Positions 1 through 11,994 of a stretch of DNA of 64,000 bases are shown here, in pieces. The notes beneath the pieces are model-generated. The model was given only the letters and a program-made list of their open reading frames with translations. It did not search any database and was not told the origin of the DNA. The stretch is from Somniosus microcephalus. Taxonomy: Eukaryota. The stretch is from NCBI GenBank assembly GCA_052327205.1, contig CM126204.1, positions 327,856,001 to 327,920,000 of the forward strand, read 5' to 3'. Made by a program: the position numbers and the translations under genes. How positions within the stretch are numbered: the stretch's first letter is position 1; each line of letters opens with the position of its first letter.

Positions 1-21
1 AAAAGAACTGGAGAAAAGCTA

Positions 22-820
22 AAGCTGCCCCGACAGCTCAACTGATTAAGGCACTGATTTGCTGAGCTATTTGGACCACAAAAGTGGATTCGCTGTCTGT
101 GTTAAATTAGCTAGGATCATAGTGAGGCTGTTACAATTCATCCCAACTCCTCTGGGTTAGCGAGGGAATTACATCGAATTTATAGCACAGAAACAGGCCA
201 TTTGGCCCAACTGGTCTGTGCCAGTGTTTATGCTCCACATGAGCCTCCTCCCACCTTACTTTATCTCATCCTATCAACATATCCGGCTATTCCTTTCTCC
301 CTCATGTACTAATCTAGCTTCCCTTTAAATGCATCTATGCTATTCACCTCAACTACTCCATGTGGTAGCAGGTTTCACATTCTCACCACTCTCTGGGTAA
401 AGAAATTTCTCCTGAATTCCTTACTGGATTTATTAGTGACTATCTTATAGTTATGGACCCTAGTTTTGGACTCCCTCACAAGTGGAAACATCTTTGCTAC
501 GTCTACCCTATCGAGCCCCCTTCATAATTTTAAAGACCTCTATCAGGTTATCGCTCAGTCTTCTCTTTTCTAGGGAAAAGCCAGTTCAGTCAGAAAATCC
601 TCAAGGGTTTCTGCTTTGGATCGCTTTTCAGCAGCAACCTCTGGATGCTTGACTGTTGGATGAGGACAGCATCAAGCTTAACTGTGATCACCACGTCTAA
701 TAGCTTGCTGACATTCAACTGTCAATGTTCACACATGAAAGAATGGCCATGTGGATGAGGTATTGAAGGGCACCCACAGAACCAGCAAGGAGTCAACATC
801 CTAAGAAGGAGGGAGAAAAA
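22..820 (+). mobile_element. LF-SINE-like element split by a CR1 insertion
   Basis: Head and core at 22-170 (gctgagctat...ttacaattca...tgggttagcgagggaa). The tail resumes near 590 (tgaggacagcatc...cacacatgaaagaatggcca...ggagggagaaaaa). Confidence 0.6.
168..583 (-). mobile_element. CR1-type LINE 3' fragment
   Basis: Reverse complement of the typical shark CR1 3' end (gcacagaaacaggccatttggccca...accactctctgggtaaag). Confidence 0.75.
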
Positions 821-831
821 TAAAACTTAAT

Positions 832-1115
832 GGCCGGTAATTTGCGGTCAGCGGAGAAGCAAAAACGCTCGCCGCTGGCCCTGAGAAAACTGTCCACAGA
901 GATCTCGCGATTGTCAGTTTCACTGATTGCTGGCTATGGGGCGGGGGGGGGGGGGCGGGGGAGGGTCCACAGCGCCACAGCAGTGAATGACTGACCGCAA
1001 CTTCAGGATTTCTGCGTTTAGATGCGCATGCGCTAAATCCTGAAGCCACAGTCAGTTTCAGAGGGGTAATAACGGCAAACAGTTCGCCATCATTACCCAC
1101 CACAAAATCTGGGCC
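832..1115. mobile_element. Non-autonomous TIR element (Harbinger-like MITE)
   Basis: Imperfect TIRs ggccggtaatttgcgg / ccacaaaatctgggcc. AAT is duplicated at 829-831 and 1116-1118. Confidence 0.6.
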
Positions 1116-1544
1116 AATATCTTCGGTGATTTAAAAAAGAAATCTAATGGTATATAGAGGTTAAAGGTAATTTAAAAAAAAGATCGTTTCATTTGAAACT
1201 TTGGCCACAGTAACATCCAATGGATGATGGGTACAGATGGGAACCATCACTGCTAACTGCAAGCTTTTGCAGAGAAAAGATCTTAAGTGCATTTAACACT
1301 GAATTTATTATACTTAAAATATTTTGAAAAAGATTTTCAGAACACGTGCACTTTATGCTTTTTTTTCCTGGTTGCAGCCAGCTACAAAATGTTGTATCTT
1401 TCATTTTGTACGTTGTTCTCATTGAAAGATCAGCCTTGAAACATTGATCTGCACTTTAGGTGCAACAGCTCACCAGGACTTTCTCGGAGTAGCTGGTATG
1501 CTTCTCATATACAGTTAAATAATAGTCAACGTTCTTGTTCTTTG

Positions 1545-2008
1545 CCAATTTTCTTCCCACCCTTCCTGAAGTACTCCTTGCTGGGGTCTGGGTCCAGGGC
1601 TGCCAGCCATCTTCTAGTACCGTACTTATATATGAGTTTTGATTATGAGTATGGGCAGGTCATTCCCCCACGGGGCATCATAGCTGAGCCCAATCCTGTC
1701 TTCACCTGACAACACACCCACACACCCACACTGACACACATACACACCCACCCTGACACACACACACACACACACACACACACGCGCACACACACACACG
1801 CGCGCACACTTCTGTCAGGATCCCCAGATAGAAATCAATGCCAAGAATACCGAGTAATTGTCCCCTCCATAATCCAGGAGTGCTGAGACTAATTCTACCA
1901 CTCCCACCATGGCCCTGGCTGGGATCAACTAACTCAGCACAGACCAGGGTTGAAGCTGGGGCCTTTCTCGTCTGTATGGCTCAGCTACTCACTGAGCCAT
2001 CAAGGGAA
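1545..2008 (-). mobile_element. LF-SINE-like element containing a (CA)n expansion
   Basis: gatcaactaactcagcacagaccaggg...tctgtatggctcag and gctgagcccaatcctgtcttcacc match the other copies in reverse orientation. Confidence 0.65.
1712..1808. repeat. (CA)n microsatellite with CG interruptions
   Basis: Directly visible. Confidence 0.95.
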
Positions 2009-2259
2009 CTCAGCACTCAACTTTCAGAAGGCTAGATGTAATGGCTGACTTTAATTTTGCATTGCTCCCCGTGCTCTTATTAGTCTGGTCCACAGATTAA
2101 GTCACAGTTCAATTACGGCCACACTCGGCTCTATCGCTCGTGACATCATCCAGTGGAGCAGTTTATTTGAAAGGGTGGAAAATCATTTTATAATATGGCA
2201 GATAAGCTTTCATTACAAGATCTTGATCTTGTATTTGAAAAAATGGTCAGAATTTTTAA

Positions 2260-2879
2260 AAAATCTATTGTTAAATCACAGATTTATTTTAGACCATTAA
2301 ATTAATTTTTAATGAAATGATAGTACAATCTAAGCATTCCCATACACAGGCCTGTGAGAAAGGCAAGTTGCTTCTGTAACCATGGTAATTTGTCTGAACT
2401 GGAAAAACCTCTTTCATGGTGACTAGGCACTTGCATAGAAAGAAAATCCTGACAGGGGGTGGGGCGGGGCAGTGGGGGAAATCTAACCTATATAAACTTA
2501 TACATTTTAAAAGAGTAGCAGCAAAATAAATCAAGCAATTATCATTTATCTGAACCCAAAGTTACAAAAATTCTCTTCATTGTACACAGACTACACATCT
2601 TACCATTCATTAGAACTCTTGACTCTGAATTTTCTGGTGCTTTACACAGTATATAAAATACAGAAGTATACAGTACATCATTAAATAGGTTTGTTTTGTT
2701 TTGTTTTTTTTAGTATTAAAATATATTTAAACACCAACTTAATATTTTAATATAAATTTTCCTGTCTCCGTCTTGAGGTTTATGTACATAGGCAGTTTTA
2801 CACATTTCTTGAGCCGGAGGACATCGGGATGTGGGGGGAATGTAAGCATTCTTTGGCTGCCACATTCATTTGAGGCGAC
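2260..2879 (-). other. ptch2: Probable terminal non-coding 3'-UTR exon of ptch2
   Basis: Donor TAG|gtgagt at 4574-4575, acceptor ccttatgctctgcag|G at 2880-2881, AU-rich body, AATAAA at 2283-2288 on the minus strand. Confidence 0.6.
2283..2288 (-). terminator. Candidate polyadenylation signal AATAAA (an alternative lies at 2162-2167)
   Basis: Plus-strand tttatt. On the minus strand it is followed by a CA and U-rich sequence. Confidence 0.5.
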
Positions 2880-3481
2880 CTGCAGAGCATAAGGTGAATG
2901 ATACGAATATCAGTAACATAAAGCCAAGTACGCACGTTATAACTGATGCTACTCTTGGTACTATCTCTGCTCCTACAATATTAAACGGAGCTTCACCATA
3001 CTTAAAAATCACGAAATCTAAGATGTCCAAACAAGTTACATGTAACAGTAGGCCTATAAAAACAAAAAATTAATATCATTGTTCTCGTTTCTCTTGAATT
3101 TTGACAGAATCTCCATTTTGGAATCAGGATTCAACAGCCCGGTCATTCCATAACCATTAAGATGTACTTCTAATTGTTTTTAAAAGCTTTGTTTTTAAAA
3201 TTGTTGAAAAATTCTGTTCTCTTACTGAAAATTACTACAGGTAAGCTTTCCTGTGATTCCCCCACCCCTCAGTGAAGAAGTCTTTTGTTAGATTATGATT
3301 ATGCCGCACAGTGCCTTTAACACTGTGCACTGACAGCACACAGCCACATTGGCAGCTGCCATCAGCGAATAAACACAGACCAAAAACAGAATAAAACTCC
3401 CACACGTAATATCGGAATCAGTATATAAAATTATTAAGGACACATATCAAGAAATGCTTTCTCATTCTTTTTTTCTTAAGC

Positions 3482-3710
3482 TGCCTCGATGACTCAGCAA
3501 ATTTATCCAGTGAGTTATTGAGCCATATAGACCAGGCAGGAAGGTGTCTGATTTGATGCTAGGTCGGTGCTGAGCTAGCTGATCTCAGCAGTAGGGGCAT
3601 TACAATAGACCTCAGTCCCACTAGGTTGGAGAGAAGTGAATCAGCTAGAGTCCCTACTCCTGATTGCGACGCAGCCACCCCTGCTGGAAGTGTATATGTA
3701 TGGGCCAGGT
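3482..3710 (+). mobile_element. LF-SINE-like 5' half inside the presumed 3'-UTR intron
   Basis: tgagccatatagaccagg...tgctgagctagctgatctcagcagtaggggcattacaatagacctcag...ctcctgattgc...cccctgctggaag. Confidence 0.7.
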
Positions 3711-4575
3711 TCTCCAATCTATGATTTGGGAGCATTTATCTCATGTACAGGCGGTGGAGGCAATCTCTTCTCATGTGATTCAGATAGTGGATAGGTTTGA
3801 GGTGTCCAAACACATCTGCAACACCACGAAGGAGGTACGGCATGGCATGAAGAACATTGTGGTGTGTTGTCGACCAGGAGATTTCACATCAGGAGGACGT
3901 TTGAGGACAATCGCTGCTTCTAAGTACAGGTAACAGTAAAGACTGTTTCGATAGATGCTCTGAAGAGCACCCTAACTTGGGATTTCTGAAACTTAATTAG
4001 GACCTGCTCGCATGGTGACTATTAGACTAATTGAGCCCCGAGCCCAGTACTAGTGGCTTGAAAGGAATGGTCATAAATGTCATTGTTTCTCACGATAGTG
4101 ACAACGGCTGCATTAATCAAACCCTCCTCCAATGCCAGCACAGGAGGGAGCTTGTGGCCTGGGCCCAGTAGGCATTGGATGTCACCAGAAGCAGATCCTG
4201 CAAGGACATCAGCATCACCAGTACTAAGGAACACGGGTGTATCTTGCCTCCCATAATATGACTCTAGCCCCTCTCGTTGAAGCATGTGGAAAAGCAAAGT
4301 GGGTGAGCAAATGAAGGTGGGAGAAAATAGATTAATGGAGTGAATGCCTGGAAAGTCAATGCGAAATGGGGACATAATAAAAATAGTTTGCCATTGTGGC
4401 TTTGTACTTGATTCTCCAAAATTCACAATTTTTTTTTAGGGGAGAAAAAGGGGATAGTCAGGACCTATATTCAGCACTGTAATTTAGGTCAAAATGAGAA
4501 ATTTTGAGTCCGCCCCTCAATATTCTTTTTTGGATTGTTTTCCTGGAGATTTCCATGAAAAGTAGAAAAACTCAC

Positions 4576-5130
4576 CTAATGCCTTCTTGGGGCTTCCCTG
4601 CTCCTTACTTCACATTCAACATCCTGAAGTTCAAAAACCTCCACTTTGGAGTCTGTCTTTTTTTCATGAATCACATACGAGGAGGGTATGTGCGGTTCCT
4701 CGAAGCAGTCTGACTCACTGTCCTCGAACCCTTCATGCGTGTACCCTCTAAATGTCTGTGATACACTCGGGTGCACAGCTAGTGTCACTGATGCTGTGGC
4801 GGTCACCGTAGTGAAAGGGTTACTTGGTCCAGGCACACTGGTAGAGTATGCTGGCAGTGTAGTCCTAGGATGGTGAGTCCTGTTGTTCCGAGACCTGTGT
4901 TGACTCCTGGAGGAATTGACAGGCTGGATGGGTTGAGAAACACCCCTGTTGTGCAGTTCATTGTGAGAGACCTGTTGCCTCCCTTCTCCTGCCACCTGAT
5001 GTAAGTCTTTAGGTTCTTGCCAGGCTAGTTGAGAACTAACAGAATCCACAGTAGGCCGAGGTTGTCCTTTTGAATTTATGCGATTCTTCCTGTATGAGGA
5101 ATCCTTAAGCTCTTTGTATGGCTTCACAAT
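4576..5130 (-). CDS. ptch2: Patched-2 exon 23, last coding exon, ending in TAG
   Basis: IVKPYKE...FTTVTATASVTLAVHP...FEEPHIP...DSKVEVFELQDVECE...RRH*. Acceptor caacag|A at 5131-5132. The motifs match the Patched C-terminus. Confidence 0.9.
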   Translation of the reverse strand: MVKPYKELKDSSYRKNRINSKGQPRPTVDSVSSQLAWQEPKDLHQVAGEGRQQVSHNELHNRGVSQPIQPVNSSRSQHRSRNNRTHHPRTTLPAYSTSVPGPSNPFTTVTATASVTLAVHPSVSQTFRGYTHEGFEDSESDCFEEPHIPSSYVIHEKKTDSKVEVFELQDVECEVRSREAPRRH

Positions 5131-5866
5131 CTGTTGGGGAACATATATATTTTTCCAACAAAGTTTTAATATTTAAAAACTGACTGCATCAGTCTAGCAC
5201 TGCATGCAGTTGTCTAAAAGCTTATGCAGGCCTCTGAAACTGAGACCTTATCAGTCATTAGCATTACTGAGGCCTGCATTGGCTCTGGAGTAGGAACCAG
5301 TCCCACTGAGGAAAGGTGGTACTCTTTGAGCCTCTTTCCAAAGTAGCCTTATAAACGCAGAACTTGCAGACTGAATTATTATTTCCTAATAATATAAAGA
5401 TCAAAGTAAAGTGCACGATTAGATATCTTCAGTGGAATTTTCCTCCACTAGCTATCAATGGGGAAATTCTAGCCACAGTCTCTTAATCTTAATCACAGAT
5501 ACCTTTACATACACACATGATTTACAAGAACATACTTGAAATGGAACTCGCTATTCTCCCTTTTTAGGGCAGGAGGGTACGGTAGCCAAGCATGTGGATA
5601 TCTTTGGATACCAGCAATGCTCGCTTTGGTTGTTGCTCCAGAAGGCACCACGAGTGACACAGCAGGAGGTGGTGGGGGTGGGTGTAGAAATACCCCAGCC
5701 ACTTTTCCTTCCCTCCTAAAAATGAGATTAGTGGATCTTTCACTCAACGAGCAACTTGAGTGGAAATATGGTATTATTGAATCCACGACTTGCACATTTA
5801 CTGACAGCATATATCGATTAATAAATATGTCCTTATGTTGCCTTTGGTGTATAACCTAGAGACTAG

Positions 5867-6564
5867 GGCCTAGAAATTCGCTATCGCCGCGCCAGGTCTT
5901 TAGCGCCCGAAATTTAGCGCTCGCCCGGATTCCCGTAGCGCCCGCCTGAAATTCAGTTGCGGCGCCCCAAGACGGAGGCGGGCGCTATTGCAGGGTTTGG
6001 CCGCCTCGCTTGGGGCGATGAAAGTCAATTTCAGGCGTCCAGCTGCCGCTGCGGCACCCGATGCGGTGCGGCAGGCTGGGGTACTGCAGGCCTCCTCCTT
6101 CTCTTAAGGAGGAGCTGCCTGCAGCCGTGAGATCGCCGCTGGATTCCCCCGGCAAATGAGCCCGGCACCACGGAGAAGTGCCGGGCTCGCGGGAGTCAGA
6201 CACCAATGCCGCGGGGGGGTGGTGCAGGAGTCCGGGGAGGGAGGTGCGGCCAGGCGGCCGCCGGGAAAGCGGCCGGCCGCCCCTCCACCTTTATGCGCCG
6301 GCCTCTCGGAGCTGCAAGGCCCCGTTTTTCAAACGCTGTTTGCGGCCGCTACGGGCGAGGCGGCCGCAACTGAATTTGGCCGTCGGCACGGAATCGCGTT
6401 GGAACCGGGGCGCTGCGCACACCGATGACGTCATCGGTGCCGGCGCAGCGCTACCGGCTAACGCCGATTTTAGGGACCAACTGAATTTCGGGCACTAAAA
6501 AACTTCCGGCGCAAACCACTCTTTAGCCAATAAGTGGGCGCAAACGCGACTGAATTTCTAGGCC
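5867..6564. mobile_element. GC-rich 698-bp MITE, copy A (Harbinger-like)
   Basis: TIR ggcctagaaattc / gaatttctaggcc. TSD TAG at 5864-5866 and 6565-6567. Confidence 0.85.
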
Positions 6565-6780
6565 TAGCAACCTTTTAGTTTCCTTCTTTCCCTGTGGAAA
6601 AGGACCTAAATTCTATTTGTGGCCTCTTACCTAAAGCTGTGGTCAATATGATTAGCTCATTATATGGGTTGGTCGTAACATTCAGCAGTGCAGCCCATTT
6701 CCATAGCCTACCATTTTCTGACTCCTCTATCAAAATGCCAATAGGAAACTGAAAATGTTTTGAATGACAAAGGCACTTAC

Positions 6781-7056
6781 CGTGACTCGTGGGAAGTTAG
6801 GGTCGTTTCCCGACTCCACCAGTATCTGTGAGTGAGCTGGGGGGATGATGTATGCACTTTGGTCAAAGTGCGGCAGGTCCTCCTCGCTGATCCCAGACAC
6901 TGTGGTCTCTGAGTAATATTCCGAATCGGAGGACTCAGAAAACGTACTCTGCTGACGTGGAAATGAACGGACATAGAAGCCATGATGGTTCATGGGTGGA
7001 GGAATGGGCTCGGGTGAAGGGGTTGGCAATCTACTGCCTCTATCTGCTGGAGTGAC
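6781..7056 (-). CDS. ptch2: Patched-2 exon 22 (C-terminal tail), 276 bp
   Basis: VTPADRGSRLPTPSPEPIPPPMNHHG...SESSDSEYYSETTVSGISEEDL...QILVESGNDPNFPRVT. Acceptor ctccag|G, donor ACG|gtaagt. Confidence 0.92.
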
Positions 7057-8377
7057 CTGGAGACAAAAAGTCAAAAAAGATTGATGAAGAAAAATAATGT
7101 TAGGCTCATAGGTTAGGCATTCTTGGCGAGGGATTAGTGGTACAGACATCTCTGGAGCCCTGATTACACCCCATGTCTGATCTCTCAATAATTTTTTTCA
7201 AATACACTTCTGATATTTTTCTCTCAGACTCCTGAGGGCAGGGGGTGGGGGGGGGCAGTGAGGTACTTCAGGCTTCTTTGGCGGAAACCTCCATTTACGC
7301 ACGCAAATGGAGTTTTGGCCGAACTCCCGAGGAAGTTCAGCCCCAAGACCACAAACCAACTGCAGCCAAAAGAATGAGCAGGCAGCTTGCTCCCAGGCTC
7401 CTACTATGGACGTGTGAGTGTGCTCTGGGCACAAGACTCCGCAGTGACCAGTCTGAGATTGAGAAATAAGCAGTATTGGGGATTACACCTACATTCCACC
7501 AGTGCTGTGATTCTCTGCATCAGAACTCGAGCATTCTGTCTCTCGTCTTCATCCAGTTGTAGTGCTGGTAAGATCGTAGCAGCCCTGATCACACTATACT
7601 CAAGGCAGGGCAGCCCACTGCCCAGTGACAAAGTCAAACAGACATAGCACATTCAAAATAATCTCTGTGGCATTATGTTCTATGCAGAATAATAGGTACA
7701 CTGAAATGATTACAGAATAGTAATTTCAAAAGATTTCACATGGTTTGTATACAAAATAATGGATACCTGGGAATGAGTTACAAAACTTTAATCTAATCAT
7801 GGGGTTCAGATAAGGTCACAAACTGGGAGAGACTGCTGAACCCCAAGTCTAAGATTTCAGTCTAGAGTTACTCAGCTGCTGTGCTTATGATGCAGATTCA
7901 CAACAAACATGAATTTGTAACTCATGTATAAAAAGGGCCTGCTTCCAATTATATTAATTACCATTACTGGGTGAAGCTCTTGTTACACTAAATTCCGTTT
8001 TCAATGCAAAAGAACCTAAATCTTGTTAATCAAACACAAACATGCTCCTAAAAACAATTTGCATTTGCTGTTTGAGAAATACTCAGACAAACCTTGGAGA
8101 GTTAACAGCATAACATTCTGGGATAAGGTACTGGGAGTTAAAGGTGACACAGAGGAGCCAATCTAGAACATTCTAAAACACACAATTTGTACCTTTTCTA
8201 AAGTGTGTTTTATCTGGGTTTGTTGTTACAATGGACCGTTGATAGGTTGGTTAAAGTATATCAAACTGTGCAAGGTGCTATATTGAGGGTATGTGCTATT
8301 TCAGAAAGTGTAATAGTGAGGGATGTAGGTATATCGGAGTGTTATAGCGAGGGATGCGAGATATATCTGAGTAGAGA

Positions 8378-8660
8378 TAGAGATTCATAGAATGATACAG
8401 CACAGGAGGAGGCCATTTGGCCCATCATGTCTGTGTCAGCTCTTTGCAAGAGCTATCCAATTAGTCCCACTCCCTTGCTCTTTCCCCATAGCCCAGCAAT
8501 TATTTTCCTTTTCAAGTATTTTTCCAATTCTCTTTTGAAAGTTACTATTGAATCAGCTTCCACCACCCTTTCAGGCAGTGCATTCCAGATGATAACAATT
8601 TGCTACGTAAATTTTTTTTTTTATACACATGTCGCCTCTGGTTCTTTTGCCAATCACCTT
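8378..8660 (-). mobile_element. CR1-type LINE 3' fragment
   Basis: catagaatgatacagcacaggaggaggccatttggcccatc...ccaccaccctttcaggcagtg. Confidence 0.75.
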
Positions 8661-8661
8661 A

Positions 8662-9068
8662 AATGTAGGTATATCTGAGAGTGTTATAGTGAGGGATGTA
8701 GGTATATCTGAGAGTGTTATAGTGAGGGATGTGAGGTATATCTGAGAGTGTTGTAGTGAGGGATGTAGGTATATCTGAGAGTGTTATAGTGAGGTATATC
8801 TGAGAGTGTTATAGTGAGGGATGTAGGTATATCTGAGAGTGTTATAGTGAGGTATATCTGAGAGTGTTATAGTGAGGGATGTGAGGTATATCTGAGAGTG
8901 TTGTAGTGAGGGATGTGAGGTATATCTGAGAGTGTTGTAGTGAGGGATGTAGGTATATCTGAGAGTGTTATAGTGAGGTATATCTGAGAGTGTTATAGTG
9001 AGGGATGTGAGGTATATCTCAGAGTGTTGTAGTGAGGGATATGAGGTATATCTGAGAGTGTTATAGTG
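8662..9068. repeat. Minisatellite with 23-34 bp variant units (gtgagggatgt[g]aggtatatctgagagtgttata)
   Basis: Tandem units are directly visible. A degenerate version lies at about 8305-8372. Confidence 0.95.
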
Positions 9069-10603
9069 AATGAAGAAGCAAAACATTTTGTATGGTTTCT
9101 TGATTAGTGAAGTACCAAGATATGCCTGCTATATCACAGTCTTGTACACATCAGAGTATTTTAAAATATTATGGTGAGCGCTGTGAGCTATGTCTAACAG
9201 TGTTATATGGAGAGTTGTGTCTTATATCAGAGGCTGTGGTATGCCACAATGTTATACTGGGTGTATTATATAGGGAGAGTATTCTGTGGATGTTAATGAA
9301 GCAATAATAAACCAATAATAAACCATCCATGCTATATCAGGAGTTGTGCATTCTTAGTGACTGCTCCAGTTAGGGGCATGGGATATTTTAGATGTGAGGG
9401 GGCATCAGAGCATGTCATATTGAACATGGTTTCTCTATTAGAGAAGGAGCCATAAAGAATGTATATCAAGACAGGGGCTGGTGTCTATCAGACAGTATTT
9501 TGGGAGAGCTATGTGTTACATCAAAGTGTGTGTTATATCAGGTAGTGTTATTGTGAGTGGACGATATATTGTCAAAGAGCGGTTTCAGGCAATCCCTAAT
9601 TGAGAGATAGCTTTTCAGGCACATACTAATCCAGGGAGTGTGTGCCTCACTCATTAGGAAAACGAGCTTCCTGCATTTAACTCTCCATGCACCCAGCCAA
9701 ATGAAACCTGCTATTACTGATTAGGATAAGGCTGGAGCCGATGCAGAGCAGATGGAAACATCCAAGCCCCTGAGGAAAATGAGCCTTGCATGTTTAGTTT
9801 GGAGCACTAGTCAGATCCAACCACAGATCTTCTACATTTGTAATATTGCTCCTCTCTCCATCCACTGCTATTTAGAAAAGCAAAGTGGGCTGTGGTACGG
9901 TGCTGAAAGCTGCAGGAACAACCTAAGTGGAGGGTGGGGCAAGACAGAGAAAGACAAATACTGACACCAAAACTTGCCAACGTATGTCACTGCGGAAAAA
10001 TCAGGCAGCCAAGTACTGCTCGCTAGCACTCGGGTAACTGTGGAGACATGGGTTCCGGGTGCATCCCACGGGGGGGGGGGGGGGGGGAGGGTGGAGGGAG
10101 GACGTCCGAGCGTCCGAGGTAGGGGAGGTCTAAACTTTCCTTTTGGAGCCCAGGAGGAGCATTCCTGCCTCTCCTTGGCTCCTCAAAGGAAAGTATAAAA
10201 CTTACCTTGAAGGGCCGCTTCTACTTCCAATCCTATTCTGACAGGCCTTCACCTCGCAGGAAAGCTGTAGCAACCTCTCTGCTCAGGCTGAAGTTAAAAT
10301 TGCAGTCAGGCCCGATGACATCATCGGACCTGGATCTGCATATTTAAAGAAGGACCCCACCGACGTTAGGCGGGTAGCTCAGCCGCCTGTCCAGGAACGC
10401 TGGCAAAAATCAGAAATGGTGGGATCCGCTCAGTGGATTTTAACTGCTAGGGTTAAAATCTACCCCAAGATAGCACTTGCCACAACAAATCACTTGCCCA
10501 ATTAATGATACACAGAATTACGTTCATGCACTTGTTTCCAGGGTGGCTCGTTCTGGCAGTAGACCTAAGCAGGTTCAAAAGATCAAGACTTTGCCGTGCT
10601 TAC

Positions 10604-10703
10604 CTCGGCTGGGGGTCCAATGACTGACAGCAAAACAGGAAGTAGGACCAGACCATTAAGGATACCCAAAACTGTTAATATGGTCAAAACAGCAAAGAAA
10701 TAC
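10604..10703 (-). CDS. ptch2: Patched-2 exon 21 (TM12), 100 bp
   Basis: Hand translation (R)[33 protein letters not shown]. Acceptor ttgcag|G, donor GAG|gtaagc. Confidence 0.95.
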
Positions 10704-10814
10704 CTGCAAATGGAGAACAGTAATTCATATTATTAGAACACTTTCATTTTGCTTTAATGTTATTACTTTAATTATATTTTATGCTCATCAAGGTCAGGTA
10801 CAAACCTGGTAATT

Positions 10815-11255
10815 CCAAGCCAGCTAGTCTGGCATCCATAATGGCAAAAATATTGAACAGTGAGGTCGAGGGTGGGTTTTTAGAGGGCCGTTGACCGTGG
10901 CAGTTTTGAAAGGGAAGGGATCAGTGCCTAAGGACAGCAAACTATTTATCATATCGGCTACAATGAGAGACAGTAAGGGAAGTTGGGTGATGAGGACTTT
11001 AGTGGGCATGGGATCAAAGAAGGGAAAACTAAAGAGATGGCGTTCAAGACAAGAGTGGGTATGTCTGCCTTAGTGGGCAAGGAGAACGGGGGAAACAGCA
11101 GAGGCAGCTAAACCGCTGGGGTGAATCCGCTTGGTGGCTGAACAGAAAACTAAGCAGCCACCCTGTGTTAAATGGGTCATGGGAATGTGGGGAGAGGAAA
11201 GAAGCTGCTCAACTCTGTCCATCCTGACCAAATTGAAGACAAACTCCATGGGATG
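10815..11255 (-). mobile_element. Degraded L2 LINE internal fragment
   Basis: ORF 10824..11009 (PTKVLITQLPLLSLIVADMINSLLSLG) is similar to the L2 ORF at 23238..24089. Confidence 0.65.
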
Positions 11256-11994
11256 TGAAAATATGAATGTAGCTACATGAGGCAGTTACCAGCCCCCACC
11301 CACCCACCCACAGACATTCACCCTCCTCCCTTTGAATATGCTGCAATCCCACATCTTTTGTCAATGCATTGTGAAACTAGGTGGCATATTCCATGGTCAG
11401 CCGTGAGCTACATCTCTTGCTGTGTAAGTAAATTGGGAAAGGTTGTGAATAATTATGGCCAATTTCCCGTTTCAGGCCTGCTGGTCTGGAGGCATTAATT
11501 ACAGAGCAAAGGGCCTCCACAGAAAGTCCTCACTGTACTTAGAAGGATTAAGACATTTGGCTCGATTTCAAGTGAAATTCCTCAGCAGAAGGCTTAGCCC
11601 TATTCCCAGTGGCAGGCTCATCTATCATTACAGTCTTGGTACTTCCTGCACTGTGTGAGTATATGCGTGTGTGAGAGCGAGAGAGACTCAGTTCTACGCT
11701 CAAAAAAATCCAGTCTCCTCCTTTTCATAATATCCCTCCCCTCATACATGGAATCCAGTATTCACTACTACTCCTTTAGAGGGATCCTCATTCCAAAACC
11801 CTCTTAAATGATGCAGAAAGGAGCTGGAACGTTACCTTGGAAGTTTAGATAAATCCTTTTGAATTGCAGTGGAAAACTGTTCAGTGTGCAAATATATTGC
11901 CACAGATTATGCATTCAGAACCCACACTTAAAAAGAAAATATGCAGTGAACTTTGAACTTATCAAGGCCAAGGTTGCCTGTTTAAAAAAAAACC

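Noticed and set aside
4022-4426. 134-aa ORF as a further ptch2 coding exon
   Set aside because: It lies downstream of the stop codon, has no Patched similarity and falls inside the predicted 3'-UTR intron.
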